Below, piece after piece: positions 10,315-19,252 of a stretch of 64,000 bases of DNA (the first letter of the stretch is position 1; every line of letters starts with the position of its first letter). This DNA comes from an uncultured Prevotellaceae bacterium (GTDB lineage: Bacteria; Bacteroidota; Bacteroidia; Bacteroidales; Bacteroidaceae), in the NCBI GenBank assembly GCA_900316265.1, contig ONCH01000005.1:31437-95436 (forward strand), written 5' to 3'. A program made the position numbers and the translations under genes. A model generated the notes under the pieces. That model was given only the letters and a program-made list of their open reading frames with translations. It ran no database searches and was not told the origin of the DNA.

Positions 10315-12012
10315 ATGGCAACAGTAGATGACAAGAAAGTGATTTTCTCGATGGTAGGTGTGAGCAAGACCATCCAGCAGAACCAGAAACAAGTGCTCAA
10401 GAACATCTATCTGAGTTTCTTCTATGGAGCGAAGATAGGCATCATTGGTCTGAATGGTGCGGGTAAGTCGACGTTGATGAAAATCATCGCGGGACTGGAC
10501 CAGCAGTATCAGGGCAATGTGGTGTGGGCGCCTGGCTATACGGTGGGCTATCTGCCGCAGGAACCGCCATTGAACGAGGAGAAGACAGTGAAGGAGAACG
10601 TGATGGAAGGTGTGCAGCACGTGTATGATGCACTGGCTGAATATGATGACATCAATGTGAAATTCGGCTTGCCTGAATATTACGAAGACCCTGACAAGAT
10701 GGACCAGCTGATGCAGCGTCAGGCAGAACTGCAGGACGTTATCGATGCTACCGATGCGTGGAATATGGACTCTAAGCTTGATCGTGCGATGGTTGCATTG
10801 AATTGTCCTCCTGGCGACTGGTCTGTGAAGACGCTGTCGGGTGGTGAGCGCCGTCGTGTGGCCTTGTGCCGTCTGTTATTGCAGAAACCCGATGTGCTGT
10901 TGCTTGACGAGCCTACAAACCATTTGGATGCTGAGAGCATCGACTGGCTGGAACAACACTTGCAGCAGTACGAGGGTACAGTGATTGCTGTGACCCACGA
11001 TCGCTACTTCCTGGACGATGTGGCAGAGTGGATTCTGGAACTGGATCGTGGCGAGGGTATTCCTTGGAAGGGTAACTACTCATCGTGGTTGGAACAGAAG
11101 AGTCAGCGACTGGCTCAGGAGGAGAAGCAGGCTTCGAAGCGCCGTAAGACGCTGGAGCGTGAGTTGGAGTGGGTGAGGATGGCACCGAAAGCCCGTCATG
11201 CGAAGGGCAAGGCGCGTCTAAACTCGTATGAGTCGATGCTGAACGAAGAACAGAAGCAGAAGGAGGAGAAATTGGAAATCTTTATCCCCAACGGACCGCG
11301 TCTGGGTAACAAGGTGATTGTTGCCGAACATGTGGCGAAGTCGTTCCCTGAGAAGGAACTGTTCAAGGACCTGAACTTCATCTTGCCACCCAACGGCATT
11401 GTGGGCGTCATTGGCCCTAACGGTGCGGGTAAAACTACGTTGTTCCGCCTGATAATGGGTCTGGACAAGGCCGATGCTGGAACGTTTGATGTAGGCGAGA
11501 CGGTGAAGCTGAGCTATGTGGACCAGCAACACAGGGATATCGACCCCAACAAGTCTGTTTATGAGGTGGCCTCTCAGGGCAACGAGACCATCCGCATGGG
11601 TGGCAAGGATGTCAACGTACGTGCATACCTCTCTCGTTTTAATTTCAGCGGTGCCGATCAGGAGAAGAAGTGTGGCGTGCTCAGTGGTGGTGAGCGCAAT
11701 CGTCTGCACCTTGCCATTGCCCTGAAGCAGGAGGGAAACGTGTTGTTGCTTGATGAGCCTACGAACGATATCGATGTGAATACGCTGCGTGCCTTGGAGG
11801 AAGGTTTGGAGGCCTTTGCCGGTTGTGCTGTCGTCATCAGTCACGACCGCTGGTTCCTGGACCGTATCTGCACACACATCCTGGCCTTCGAGGGTGAGGG
11901 TAATGTATTCTATTTTGAGGGTAACTATAGCGAGTATGAGGCCAACAAAGCCCTGCGTTTAGGACTCGACGAACCTAAGCGCGCACGATACAGAAAATTA
12001 ATGGAAGAGTGA
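10315..12012 (+). CDS. ettA: Energy-dependent translational throttle protein EttA (ABC-F)
   Basis: Two ABC domains (GLNGAGKS, LSGGE, DEPTNHLD; GPNGAGKT), no TM helices, ELEWVR linker. Confidence 0.92.
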   Translation: MATVDDKKVIFSMVGVSKTIQQNQKQVLKNIYLSFFYGAKIGIIGLNGAGKSTLMKIIAGLDQQYQGNVVWAPGYTVGYLPQEPPLNEEKTVKENVMEGVQHVYDALAEYDDINVKFGLPEYYEDPDKMDQLMQRQAELQDVIDATDAWNMDSKLDRAMVALNCPPGDWSVKTLSGGERRRVALCRLLLQKPDVLLLDEPTNHLDAESIDWLEQHLQQYEGTVIAVTHDRYFLDDVAEWILELDRGEGIPWKGNYSSWLEQKSQRLAQEEKQASKRRKTLERELEWVRMAPKARHAKGKARLNSYESMLNEEQKQKEEKLEIFIPNGPRLGNKVIVAEHVAKSFPEKELFKDLNFILPPNGIVGVIGPNGAGKTTLFRLIMGLDKADAGTFDVGETVKLSYVDQQHRDIDPNKSVYEVASQGNETIRMGGKDVNVRAYLSRFNFSGADQEKKCGVLSGGERNRLHLAIALKQEGNVLLLDEPTNDIDVNTLRALEEGLEAFAGCAVVISHDRWFLDRICTHILAFEGEGNVFYFEGNYSEYEANKALRLGLDEPKRARYRKLMEE

Positions 12013-12028
12013 AAACTCTTCCATTTTT
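12001..12028. terminator. Hairpin terminator between convergent ettA and the mannosyltransferase gene
   Basis: ATGGAAGAGT-GAAA-ACTCTTCCAT followed by a T tract. Confidence 0.75.
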
Positions 12029-12780
12029 TAGTCAACGATTTTCGGATACTTGCGTGTCAAGCCGTCCCAACGGAGACGCATGACGCCAAAGAATGCCTCG
12101 CCGAAGATGCCACCCGACATCTTGCTGGTACCCTCGCGACGATTGACGAAGATGACGGGTACTTCCTTGATTTTGAAACCAATCTTGTAGGCGGTGAACT
12201 TCATCTCAATCTGGAAACCATAGCCCTTGAAGCGAATCTTGTCGAGTTCGATGGTCTTCAAGACGCGACGCTTGTAGCACTTGAAACCTGCAGTGGTGTC
12301 GTGGACCTTGAAACCTGTGACGATGCGAACATATTTCGAGGCAAAGTACGACATCAGTACACGACCAATAGGCCAGTTGACGACGTTGACGCCACTGACG
12401 TAGCGCGAACCAATAGCCACATCATAACCCTCGTCAGCACAGGCGGAGTAGAGACGGGGTAGGTCGTTGGGATCATGGCTGAAGTCGGCATCCATCTCGA
12501 AGACGTATTCGTAGTCGTGCTCCAGTGCCCACTTGAAACCAGTGATGTAGGCTGTTCCCAAGCCCAGCTTACCACTGCGCTCAATAATGAACAGACGGTC
12601 GCTGAACTCTTCCTGCGCCATCAGCCCCTTGACGATGGCGGCCGTACCGTCGGGTGACCCGTCGTCAATAATCAGGATATGAAAACACTTTTCCAGACCA
12701 AATACGGCACGGATAATCTTCTCGATGTTTTCCTTTTCGTTGTACGTCGGAATGATGACAATGCTGTCGCTTGTATGCAT
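12028..12780 (-). CDS. Polyprenol-monophosphomannose synthase (DPM1-like GT2)
   Basis: IIPTYNEKENI, IDDGSPDGT, EMDADFSH and GSRY; start at MHTSDS. Confidence 0.9.
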   Translation of the reverse strand: MHTSDSIVIIPTYNEKENIEKIIRAVFGLEKCFHILIIDDGSPDGTAAIVKGLMAQEEFSDRLFIIERSGKLGLGTAYITGFKWALEHDYEYVFEMDADFSHDPNDLPRLYSACADEGYDVAIGSRYVSGVNVVNWPIGRVLMSYFASKYVRIVTGFKVHDTTAGFKCYKRRVLKTIELDKIRFKGYGFQIEMKFTAYKIGFKIKEVPVIFVNRREGTSKMSGGIFGEAFFGVMRLRWDGLTRKYPKIVD

Positions 12781-12872
12781 GGTTACGTTTAATTTTGTTG
12801 CAAAGATACTAATTAATTCATAATTCATAATGCATAATTCACAATTATTTTGTAATTTTGCACGAAATTGGT

Positions 12873-15800
12873 ATGACGATACAAGAATTGCTGAAGAAAT
12901 ATGCCTTGTTGCCGCAGGTGGGCGCACTGGCAAAGACGTTAGAGAAAAAGTCGCTGAAAACGGTTTTTCTCGAAGGACTTATGTGCTCGTCCGCGCCGAT
13001 GGTGTTTGGAAGCTTGGTGTCGAAAACAAAATCCTTGACCACAGTCTTCATCCTACAGGACGCTGACGAGGCGGGCTATTTCTATCACGATTTGACGCAG
13101 CTGTTAGGCAAAGAGCAGGTGCTCTTCTTCCCCTCCAGCTATCGTCGTGCCATCAAATATGCTCAGCGCGACAGTGCCAACGAGATTCTTCGCACCGAGG
13201 TGCTGGCGAAACTTTCTACTCAAACTCCCCTCCCGTTGGGAGGGGTTGGGGGTGGGTTTATCGTCACTTACCCAGAGGCCATTGCCGAACTCGTTGTTTC
13301 GAAGAAACAGTTGGACGAGCGGACGGTGGTGCTTAGCGTGGGTGAAACGATAGATGCTGACGAAACGGCACGGCAGTTGCGCAACCTGGGATTTTTGGAG
13401 GTAGACTATGTCTATGAACCTGGCCAGTTTGCCCTGCGTGGCAGCATCCTCGATGTTTACAGCTTCAGCAATGAGTTGCCATTCCGTATCGACCTGTTTG
13501 GTGACGATATCGACTCCATCCGTACCTTTGAGGTGGAGACGCAGCTGTCGAAAGACAAGTTGCAGCAGGTGAGCATTGTACCAGAACTGTCGATGACTGA
13601 GGAGAAGATGCCGTTCCTGTCGTTCCTGCCTCAAGAAACAGTGTTGGTCTTCAAGGATTTCCTGTATGTTCACGATGCCATTGACCGTATCTATCAGGAT
13701 GGCTTCTCTGAGCAGGCACTAACAGAGCGCTTAGAGGGTGCTACCGAGCAGGAGCAGCACGAGATTATGCAGCAGATGAAGAAAGAGAGCATGCTGATTA
13801 GTGGTGCTCAGTTCTCGCGCGATGCTGTTGATTTCCGACGCATCGAGATGGGACATCGTCCGTCAGGTATGCCCGATGCTACTATCTCCTTCCATATCTC
13901 GCCCCAACCCCAGTTCCACAAAAACTTTGAGCTGTTGCAACAGTCGTTCGAACAATATCTCGCCGATGGCTATCAGCTCTGCATCCTGGCAGACAGCAAG
14001 AAACAGTTGGAGCGTCTGCGCGATATCTTTGCCGAAAAAGGCAGTGTCCTCTTCGACCCCGTCGAAAAGACACTCCATGAAGGTTTTGCTGACAACGATC
14101 TGCGACTCTGCGTATTCACTGACCATCAGATCTTCGACCGTTTCCACAAGTACAGTCTGACGTCCGACAAGGCACGCTCTGGTAAAGTGGCGCTGACGCT
14201 CAAGGAGATTCAGCAGTTTGAGGTGGGCGACTACGTAGTACACGTCGACCACGGCATTGGTAAGTTTGGTGGTTTGGTGCGTATGCCGCAAGGCGATGGC
14301 TACCAGGAAATGATCAAGATCATGTACGAGGGTGGGGGCTCCATCTATGTCTCTATCCATTCACTATATAAGGTTTCGAAATACAAGGCGCAGGACAATG
14401 GTCAGCCACCTCGCCTGTCGCACTTAGGCACAGGCCAGTGGGAGCGCATGAAGGAGCGCACCAAGGCCAAGCTGAAGGATATTGCTCGCGACCTCATCAA
14501 GTTGTATGCCGCCCGTCGTAGGGAGCTGGGCTTCGCCTTCTCTGCCGACTCGTTCATGCAGCAGGAGCTGGAGGCGTCGTTCCTCTACGAGGACACCCCT
14601 GACCAGCTGAAGGCTACCAACGACGTGAAGGCCGATATGGAGAAAGCACAGCCCATGGACCGTCTGGTCTGTGGCGACGTAGGCTTTGGCAAGACGGAAG
14701 TCGCCGTGCGTGCCGCTTTCAAGGCGGCATGCGATGGTAAGCAGGTGGCTGTGTTGGTGCCTACCACGGTGCTGGCCTATCAGCACTACCAGACCTTCAC
14801 CTCACGACTGAAGGATATGCCCGTCCGTGTGGACTACCTCTCGCGAGCCCGTAGCACCAAGCAGACCTCGGCACTCCTGAAAGACCTGGCAGACGGCAAG
14901 GTAGATATTATAATAGGTACGCACAAGCTTATCGGCAAGTCGGTGAAGTTCCATGACCTGGGACTGCTCATCATCGATGAGGAACAGAAGTTTGGCGTCT
15001 CTACCAAGGAGAAGCTGCGCCAGCTGAAGACCAATGTCGACACGCTGACACTGACGGCAACGCCCATACCGCGTACCCTGCAGTTCTCGCTGATGGGGGC
15101 TCGCGACCTGAGCATCATCCAGACGCCACCGCCCAACCGTTATCCCATACAGACGGAGATACACACGCTGAGTGCGGAGATTGTCGCCGACGCCATCAAT
15201 TTCGAGATGTCGCGCAATGGTCAGGTGTATTTCGTCAACCCACGCATCAACGACCTGACGCGCATCCGTGAGATGATACAGAAGTACGTGCCTGACGCCC
15301 GCGTGGCAGTGGGTCACGGACAGATGAAACCTGAGGAGTTGGAGAAAATCATCTTCGACTTCCAGAACTACGACTACGACGTGCTGCTCTCTACCACTAT
15401 CATCGAGAACGGCATCGACATACCCAACGCCAACACCATCATCATCAATGGTGCCCACCGCTTCGGACTCTCCGACCTGCACCAGATGCGTGGTCGTGTG
15501 GGGCGTGGCAACCGCAAGGCGTTCTGCTACCTGCTGGCACCCCCCTTGGCCGACCTCCCGCAGGAGAGTCGCCGACGCCTGGAGGCCTTGGAGACCTTCA
15601 GCGACCTGGGCTCAGGCATCCATATCGCCATGCAAGACCTCGACATCCGTGGTGCTGGCAACCTGCTGGGTGCCGAGCAGTCCGGCTTCATAGCCGACCT
15701 GGGCTACGAGACCTACGTCAAGATACTGCAGCAGGCGGTGGTGGAGATTAGGAATGAACAACCTACCCCCAGCCCCTCCCGAGGGGAGGGGAGGCAGGGT

Positions 15801-16331
15801 ACTCCAAGCACTGGCAGTAGAAAGGTACAAAGTAATCAATCTCCCCTCCCTTGGGGAGGGGCAGCGGGGTGGGTTCCCGACTGTTCCCTCGAATCCGACC
15901 TCGAGCTCTACTTCCCTGACCAGTATGTGCCCTCTGATTCTGAGCGCATGCTGCTCTATCGCGAGCTCGACGGCTTGCAGACTGACGAGCAGGTGGCAGC
16001 CTACCGCACTCGTCTGATAGACCGCTTTGGCCCTGTGCCCCACTGTGGCGAGGAGCTGATGCGTGTTGTTCCCCTGCGTCGCATCGGACAGTCGCTGGGT
16101 TGTGAGAAGATTGTCCTCAAGCAACAGCGCATGACGCTCTATTTCGTCACACAGAACGACAGCCCGTTCTATCAGAGCGAGGCCTTCGGACTGCTGCTGG
16201 ACTTCGTGGCCCACAACCCTCGTCGCTGCCAGTTCCGCGAGGTCAACGGCAAGCGCTCCATGGTTATCGGCGACGTGCCCACCATCGAGGAGGCCGTACA
16301 GATACTGACATCAATCAACAAGAGTAACTAA
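12873..16331 (+). CDS. mfd: Transcription-repair coupling factor
   Basis: UvrB-like N-terminus, CarD-like VHVDHGIG, GDVGFGKTEV, DEEQKFGV, QMRGRVGR and TRCF C-terminus. Confidence 0.97.
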   Translation: MTIQELLKKYALLPQVGALAKTLEKKSLKTVFLEGLMCSSAPMVFGSLVSKTKSLTTVFILQDADEAGYFYHDLTQLLGKEQVLFFPSSYRRAIKYAQRDSANEILRTEVLAKLSTQTPLPLGGVGGGFIVTYPEAIAELVVSKKQLDERTVVLSVGETIDADETARQLRNLGFLEVDYVYEPGQFALRGSILDVYSFSNELPFRIDLFGDDIDSIRTFEVETQLSKDKLQQVSIVPELSMTEEKMPFLSFLPQETVLVFKDFLYVHDAIDRIYQDGFSEQALTERLEGATEQEQHEIMQQMKKESMLISGAQFSRDAVDFRRIEMGHRPSGMPDATISFHISPQPQFHKNFELLQQSFEQYLADGYQLCILADSKKQLERLRDIFAEKGSVLFDPVEKTLHEGFADNDLRLCVFTDHQIFDRFHKYSLTSDKARSGKVALTLKEIQQFEVGDYVVHVDHGIGKFGGLVRMPQGDGYQEMIKIMYEGGGSIYVSIHSLYKVSKYKAQDNGQPPRLSHLGTGQWERMKERTKAKLKDIARDLIKLYAARRRELGFAFSADSFMQQELEASFLYEDTPDQLKATNDVKADMEKAQPMDRLVCGDVGFGKTEVAVRAAFKAACDGKQVAVLVPTTVLAYQHYQTFTSRLKDMPVRVDYLSRARSTKQTSALLKDLADGKVDIIIGTHKLIGKSVKFHDLGLLIIDEEQKFGVSTKEKLRQLKTNVDTLTLTATPIPRTLQFSLMGARDLSIIQTPPPNRYPIQTEIHTLSAEIVADAINFEMSRNGQVYFVNPRINDLTRIREMIQKYVPDARVAVGHGQMKPEELEKIIFDFQNYDYDVLLSTTIIENGIDIPNANTIIINGAHRFGLSDLHQMRGRVGRGNRKAFCYLLAPPLADLPQESRRRLEALETFSDLGSGIHIAMQDLDIRGAGNLLGAEQSGFIADLGYETYVKILQQAVVEIRNEQPTPSPSRGEGRQGTPSTGSRKVQSNQSPLPWGGAAGWVPDCSLESDLELYFPDQYVPSDSERMLLYRELDGLQTDEQVAAYRTRLIDRFGPVPHCGEELMRVVPLRRIGQSLGCEKIVLKQQRMTLYFVTQNDSPFYQSEAFGLLLDFVAHNPRRCQFREVNGKRSMVIGDVPTIEEAVQILTSINKSN
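13224..13258 (+). repeat. REP-like G-rich palindrome inserted in frame in mfd
   Basis: CTCCCCTCCCGTTGGGAGGGGTTGGGGGTGGG, translated TPLPLGGVGGG; the same family occurs at 15760-15875 and 46223-46253. Confidence 0.8.
15760..15875. repeat. Inverted pair of REP-like palindromes (REPIN-like doublet) in frame in mfd
   Basis: AACCTACCCCCAGCCCCTCCCGAGGGGAGGGGAG ... CTCCCCTCCCTTGGGGAGGGGCAGCGGGGTGGGTT. Confidence 0.8.
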
Positions 16332-16353
16332 CTATAAACTATCAACAAGAAAC

Positions 16354-18228
16354 ATGAAAAAGAGATTCCTATTAGCATTGCTGGCCACTGTTGGCATGCT
16401 GCAGACTGCGGGTGCCGCTGAGCGCCTGACGAGTCCGAAGGGTGACATCGTGGTAGTTGTCGACGTGCAGAACGGCAAGCCCACCTACGAGGTCTCCTTG
16501 GGTGGTGTACAATTCCTGAAGCCTTCGCCGCTGGGACTGCTGACCAACCTGGGCGACTTTACTGAGGGACTGACGCTGGCAGGGTGTGACAGCAAGACAC
16601 AGCACGACGAGTACTGGCTGAAGACCACCAAGCAGAGCCACATCAGCTACGACGCCACGGAGGCTGTATGCCGTTTTGAGAAGGATGGCAAGCGCGTCCT
16701 CGACATCCAGTTCCACATCACCGATCGTGACGTGGCCTATCGCTACAAGCTCTATCCCAAGAAGATTCGTGGTGGCGAGACGCTGGTAGCTGTCGTCAAT
16801 GGCGAGGCCAGCGGTTTCGTCATGCCTGATGGCACCACCACCTTCCTCTGTCCGCAGTCTGGTCCGATGAATGGTTTCGCACGCACCTCTCCCTCTTATG
16901 AGACGTCCTACACCCTCGACGACCAGATGGGTAAGAACGGCTGGGGCAATGGCTTCACGTTCCCCTGTCTCTTCAAGACTCCTGCCGGCTGGCTGTTGCT
17001 CAGCGAGGCTGGCACGGATGGTGGCTATGTGGGTTGCCGTCTGCTCAATGCTGGTGGCAGCAACTACAAGATTGGCTTCCCCCAGGAGGGTGAGATGAAC
17101 GGTTTTGGCACCACCTCTGCCGCTGTTTCTCTGCCCTGCGAGACACCTTGGCGCACCATCACCCTGGGCACCACGCTGGCTCCTATCGTGGAGACTACCG
17201 TCACCAACGACGTCGTCCGTCCCAAGTACCAGGCTTCTAAGGAGTATGTCTATGGCAAGGGCTCTTGGTCGTGGATTATCGGCATGGACCCCAGCTGCAA
17301 CTTCGACGAGCAGAAACGCTACATCGACTTCTCTGCCGCTATGGGTTGGCGCTCTGTGCTGGTCGACGCTCTGTGGGACGTACAGATTGGCTACGAGAAG
17401 ATAGCCGAGCTGGCACGCTACGGTCGTGAGCGTGGGGTAGGGCTCTTCCTGTGGTATAACAGCAATGGCTCCTGGAACGATGCTCCCCAGTCGCCCAAGG
17501 GCAAGATGGACAAGTCTGCCGCACGTCGCAAGGAGATGGCGTGGATGAAGGAGAACGGCATCCTGGGCATCAAGGTCGACTTCTTCGGTGGCGACAAGCA
17601 ACCCATGATGCAGCTCTACGAGGACATCCTCACCGATGCCAACGAGTTTGGTCTGCAGGTTATCTTCCATGGCTGCACACTGCCTCGCGGTTGGGAGCGC
17701 ATGTATCCTAACTACGTCGCTTCCGAGGCTGTCTTGGCTTCTGAGAACCTCCACTTCGGACAGGGCGCCTGCGATGCTGAGGCTTTCAACGCCTGCATCC
17801 ACCCCTTCATCCGCAACACCGTGGGCTCTATGGACTTTGGCGGTTCTACGCTCAACAAGCACTACAACAAGGACAACCAGCACGGCACCACGCGCAAGAC
17901 CAGCGACGTTTTCGCACTGGCCACGGCCGTCCTCTTCCAGTCCAGCGTACAGCACTTCGCCATGGCTCCCAACAACCTCGAGGATGCTCCCGCCTGGGCT
18001 GTCGACTTCATGAAGCAGGTGCCCACCAACTGGGACGAGACGCGCTTCATCGATGGCTATCCTGGCAAATACTGCATCATGGCACGTCGCGCAGGCACCA
18101 AGTGGTTTGTCGTAGGCATCACCAGCGACGGCACACCCCTGCAGAAGAAGATAGACACCAAGGCCTTCTTCCCCAAGGGCACGAAGCCTACTGTCTATAC
18201 CGATGCTGATGCTATCGTGATTTTCTAA
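16354..18228 (+). CDS. Glycoside hydrolase family 97
   Basis: Signal peptide, TPWRTI, YIDFSAAMGW, GIKVDFF, FHGCTLPRGWERMYPN and PTNWDETRF. Confidence 0.9.
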   Translation: MKKRFLLALLATVGMLQTAGAAERLTSPKGDIVVVVDVQNGKPTYEVSLGGVQFLKPSPLGLLTNLGDFTEGLTLAGCDSKTQHDEYWLKTTKQSHISYDATEAVCRFEKDGKRVLDIQFHITDRDVAYRYKLYPKKIRGGETLVAVVNGEASGFVMPDGTTTFLCPQSGPMNGFARTSPSYETSYTLDDQMGKNGWGNGFTFPCLFKTPAGWLLLSEAGTDGGYVGCRLLNAGGSNYKIGFPQEGEMNGFGTTSAAVSLPCETPWRTITLGTTLAPIVETTVTNDVVRPKYQASKEYVYGKGSWSWIIGMDPSCNFDEQKRYIDFSAAMGWRSVLVDALWDVQIGYEKIAELARYGRERGVGLFLWYNSNGSWNDAPQSPKGKMDKSAARRKEMAWMKENGILGIKVDFFGGDKQPMMQLYEDILTDANEFGLQVIFHGCTLPRGWERMYPNYVASEAVLASENLHFGQGACDAEAFNACIHPFIRNTVGSMDFGGSTLNKHYNKDNQHGTTRKTSDVFALATAVLFQSSVQHFAMAPNNLEDAPAWAVDFMKQVPTNWDETRFIDGYPGKYCIMARRAGTKWFVVGITSDGTPLQKKIDTKAFFPKGTKPTVYTDADAIVIF

Positions 18229-18230
18229 TT

Positions 18231-18250
18231 AATAGCGGGGAACCGCTATT
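18231..18250. terminator. Hairpin after GH97
   Basis: AATAGCGG-GGAA-CCGCTATT. Confidence 0.6.
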
Positions 18251-18259
18251 TGCTCTATT

Positions 18260-18322
18260 CTGTCAATTTGTCGCTCTTGTGCGACAGATTGGCAGAATTT
18301 TCGTTTTGGCATGTACCTTGCA
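18260..18322 (+). promoter_or_regulatory. sigma54-type promoter with upstream inverted repeat, for hsp20
   Basis: TGGCATGTACCTTGCA (18307-18322) fits GG-N10-GC; upstream inverted repeat CTGTCAATTTGTCGC-N6-GCGACAGATTGGCAG. Confidence 0.65.
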
Positions 18323-18405
18323 TATTGTTGGATGAGCGCCGATAAGGCAATCAAACAAATTAACAAACATGTACAACTTAAAAATATAATTAGGAGGTAA
18401 CAATT

Positions 18406-18831
18406 ATGATGCCAATGATGAGAACAAACAGTTGGATTCCTGCAGTGTTTAACGATCTCTTTGATACGGAGTTCATGCCAAAGTGCAACGCTACTGCTCC
18501 CGCTATCAATGTGAAAGAATCGGACAAAGCGTATACCGTAGAGCTCGCCGCTCCAGGTATGAAGAAGGAAGACTTCAACGTACATATCAACGACGAGGGT
18601 AACCTGGTCGTCAAGCTGGAGAGCAAGCAGGAACACAAGGAGGAGGACAAGAACACCCGCTATCTGCGTCGCGAGTTCAACTACTCGAAGTACGAGCAGA
18701 CCCTTATCCTGCCTGACGACGTCAAGAAAGACGCTATCTCGGCCAAAGTAGAACACGGCGTACTCACCGTCGAACTGCCCAGGGTGGTAGAGGAGAAGGT
18801 TAAGGTTTCTCGCCAGATTGATATCGCATAA
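18406..18831 (+). CDS. Hsp20/alpha-crystallin small heat-shock protein
   Basis: PAINVKE, ELAAPGMKKEDF, RREFNY and AKVEHGVLTVELP. Confidence 0.95.
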   Translation: MMPMMRTNSWIPAVFNDLFDTEFMPKCNATAPAINVKESDKAYTVELAAPGMKKEDFNVHINDEGNLVVKLESKQEHKEEDKNTRYLRREFNYSKYEQTLILPDDVKKDAISAKVEHGVLTVELPRVVEEKVKVSRQIDIA

Positions 18832-18888
18832 ACGCTGGCAAAACACAAGAATCATCAGCCCTGCATGCCCATGCATGCAGGGCTTTTT
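18776..18888 (+). repeat. 113-bp direct repeat, copy 1 (hsp20 3' end plus terminator)
   Basis: Matches 31763-31875 with 4 mismatches. Confidence 0.95.
18857..18888 (+). terminator. hsp20 intrinsic terminator
   Basis: AGCCCTGCATGC-CCAT-GCATGCAGGGCT followed by TTTT. Confidence 0.9.
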
Positions 18889-18938
18889 CGTAGCTTTTTT
18901 TATCGATAACACTCCTGACATAATTACTGATGCTTGTT

Positions 18939-19011
18939 TATTAGGCTTATAATGCCTCCGTACCAGTCTAATATGCTACCGTATCAGGCTAACACGCATC
19001 TCTATTAGGCT
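18939..19011 (+). repeat. Phased TAYYAGKCT array, 4 units, period 22/21/21
   Basis: Units at 18939, 18961, 18982 and 19003 with non-identical spacers. Confidence 0.7.
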
Positions 19012-19054
19012 GATGGAGGGTTATTACCCCTTTATTGTCAGATTTACACCTCTA

Positions 19055-19145
19055 TATTTCGTCCACTTTTTTATTCTTATGCTAAAAAATAAGAGGTTGT
19101 AAATCAGTGTTTTATAATTTTTTACATCAATATTCGTCCACTTTC
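19055..19145 (+). promoter_or_regulatory. Direct repeat TTCGTCCACTTT x2 (75 bp apart) upstream of susC, candidate regulator site
   Basis: GTCCAC cores at 19061 and 19136; a TAatTTTG -7 element follows at ~19181. Confidence 0.55.
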
Positions 19146-19252
19146 TACTCCCATTGTCAGAAAGTACAACATTTTTTTAATAATTTTGCAGAAGAAAACC
19201 TAACGTCGGGTAAAATCTAACTCATAACAATAACACACTAATTAAACAAAGT

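Noticed and set aside
16372..17955. Long antisense ORFs (e.g. 16372-17955, 41294-42904, 60996-62084, 2940-3821, 24605-25504)
   Set aside because: They shadow well-supported genes on the opposite strand, which is expected from codon bias, and show no recognisable motifs.
18229..18921. Minus-strand 230-aa ORF and its look-alike at 31750-31944 as a paralogous gene pair
   Set aside because: Both are antisense readings of the duplicated hsp20 3' end and terminator, so the similarity comes from the DNA repeat.
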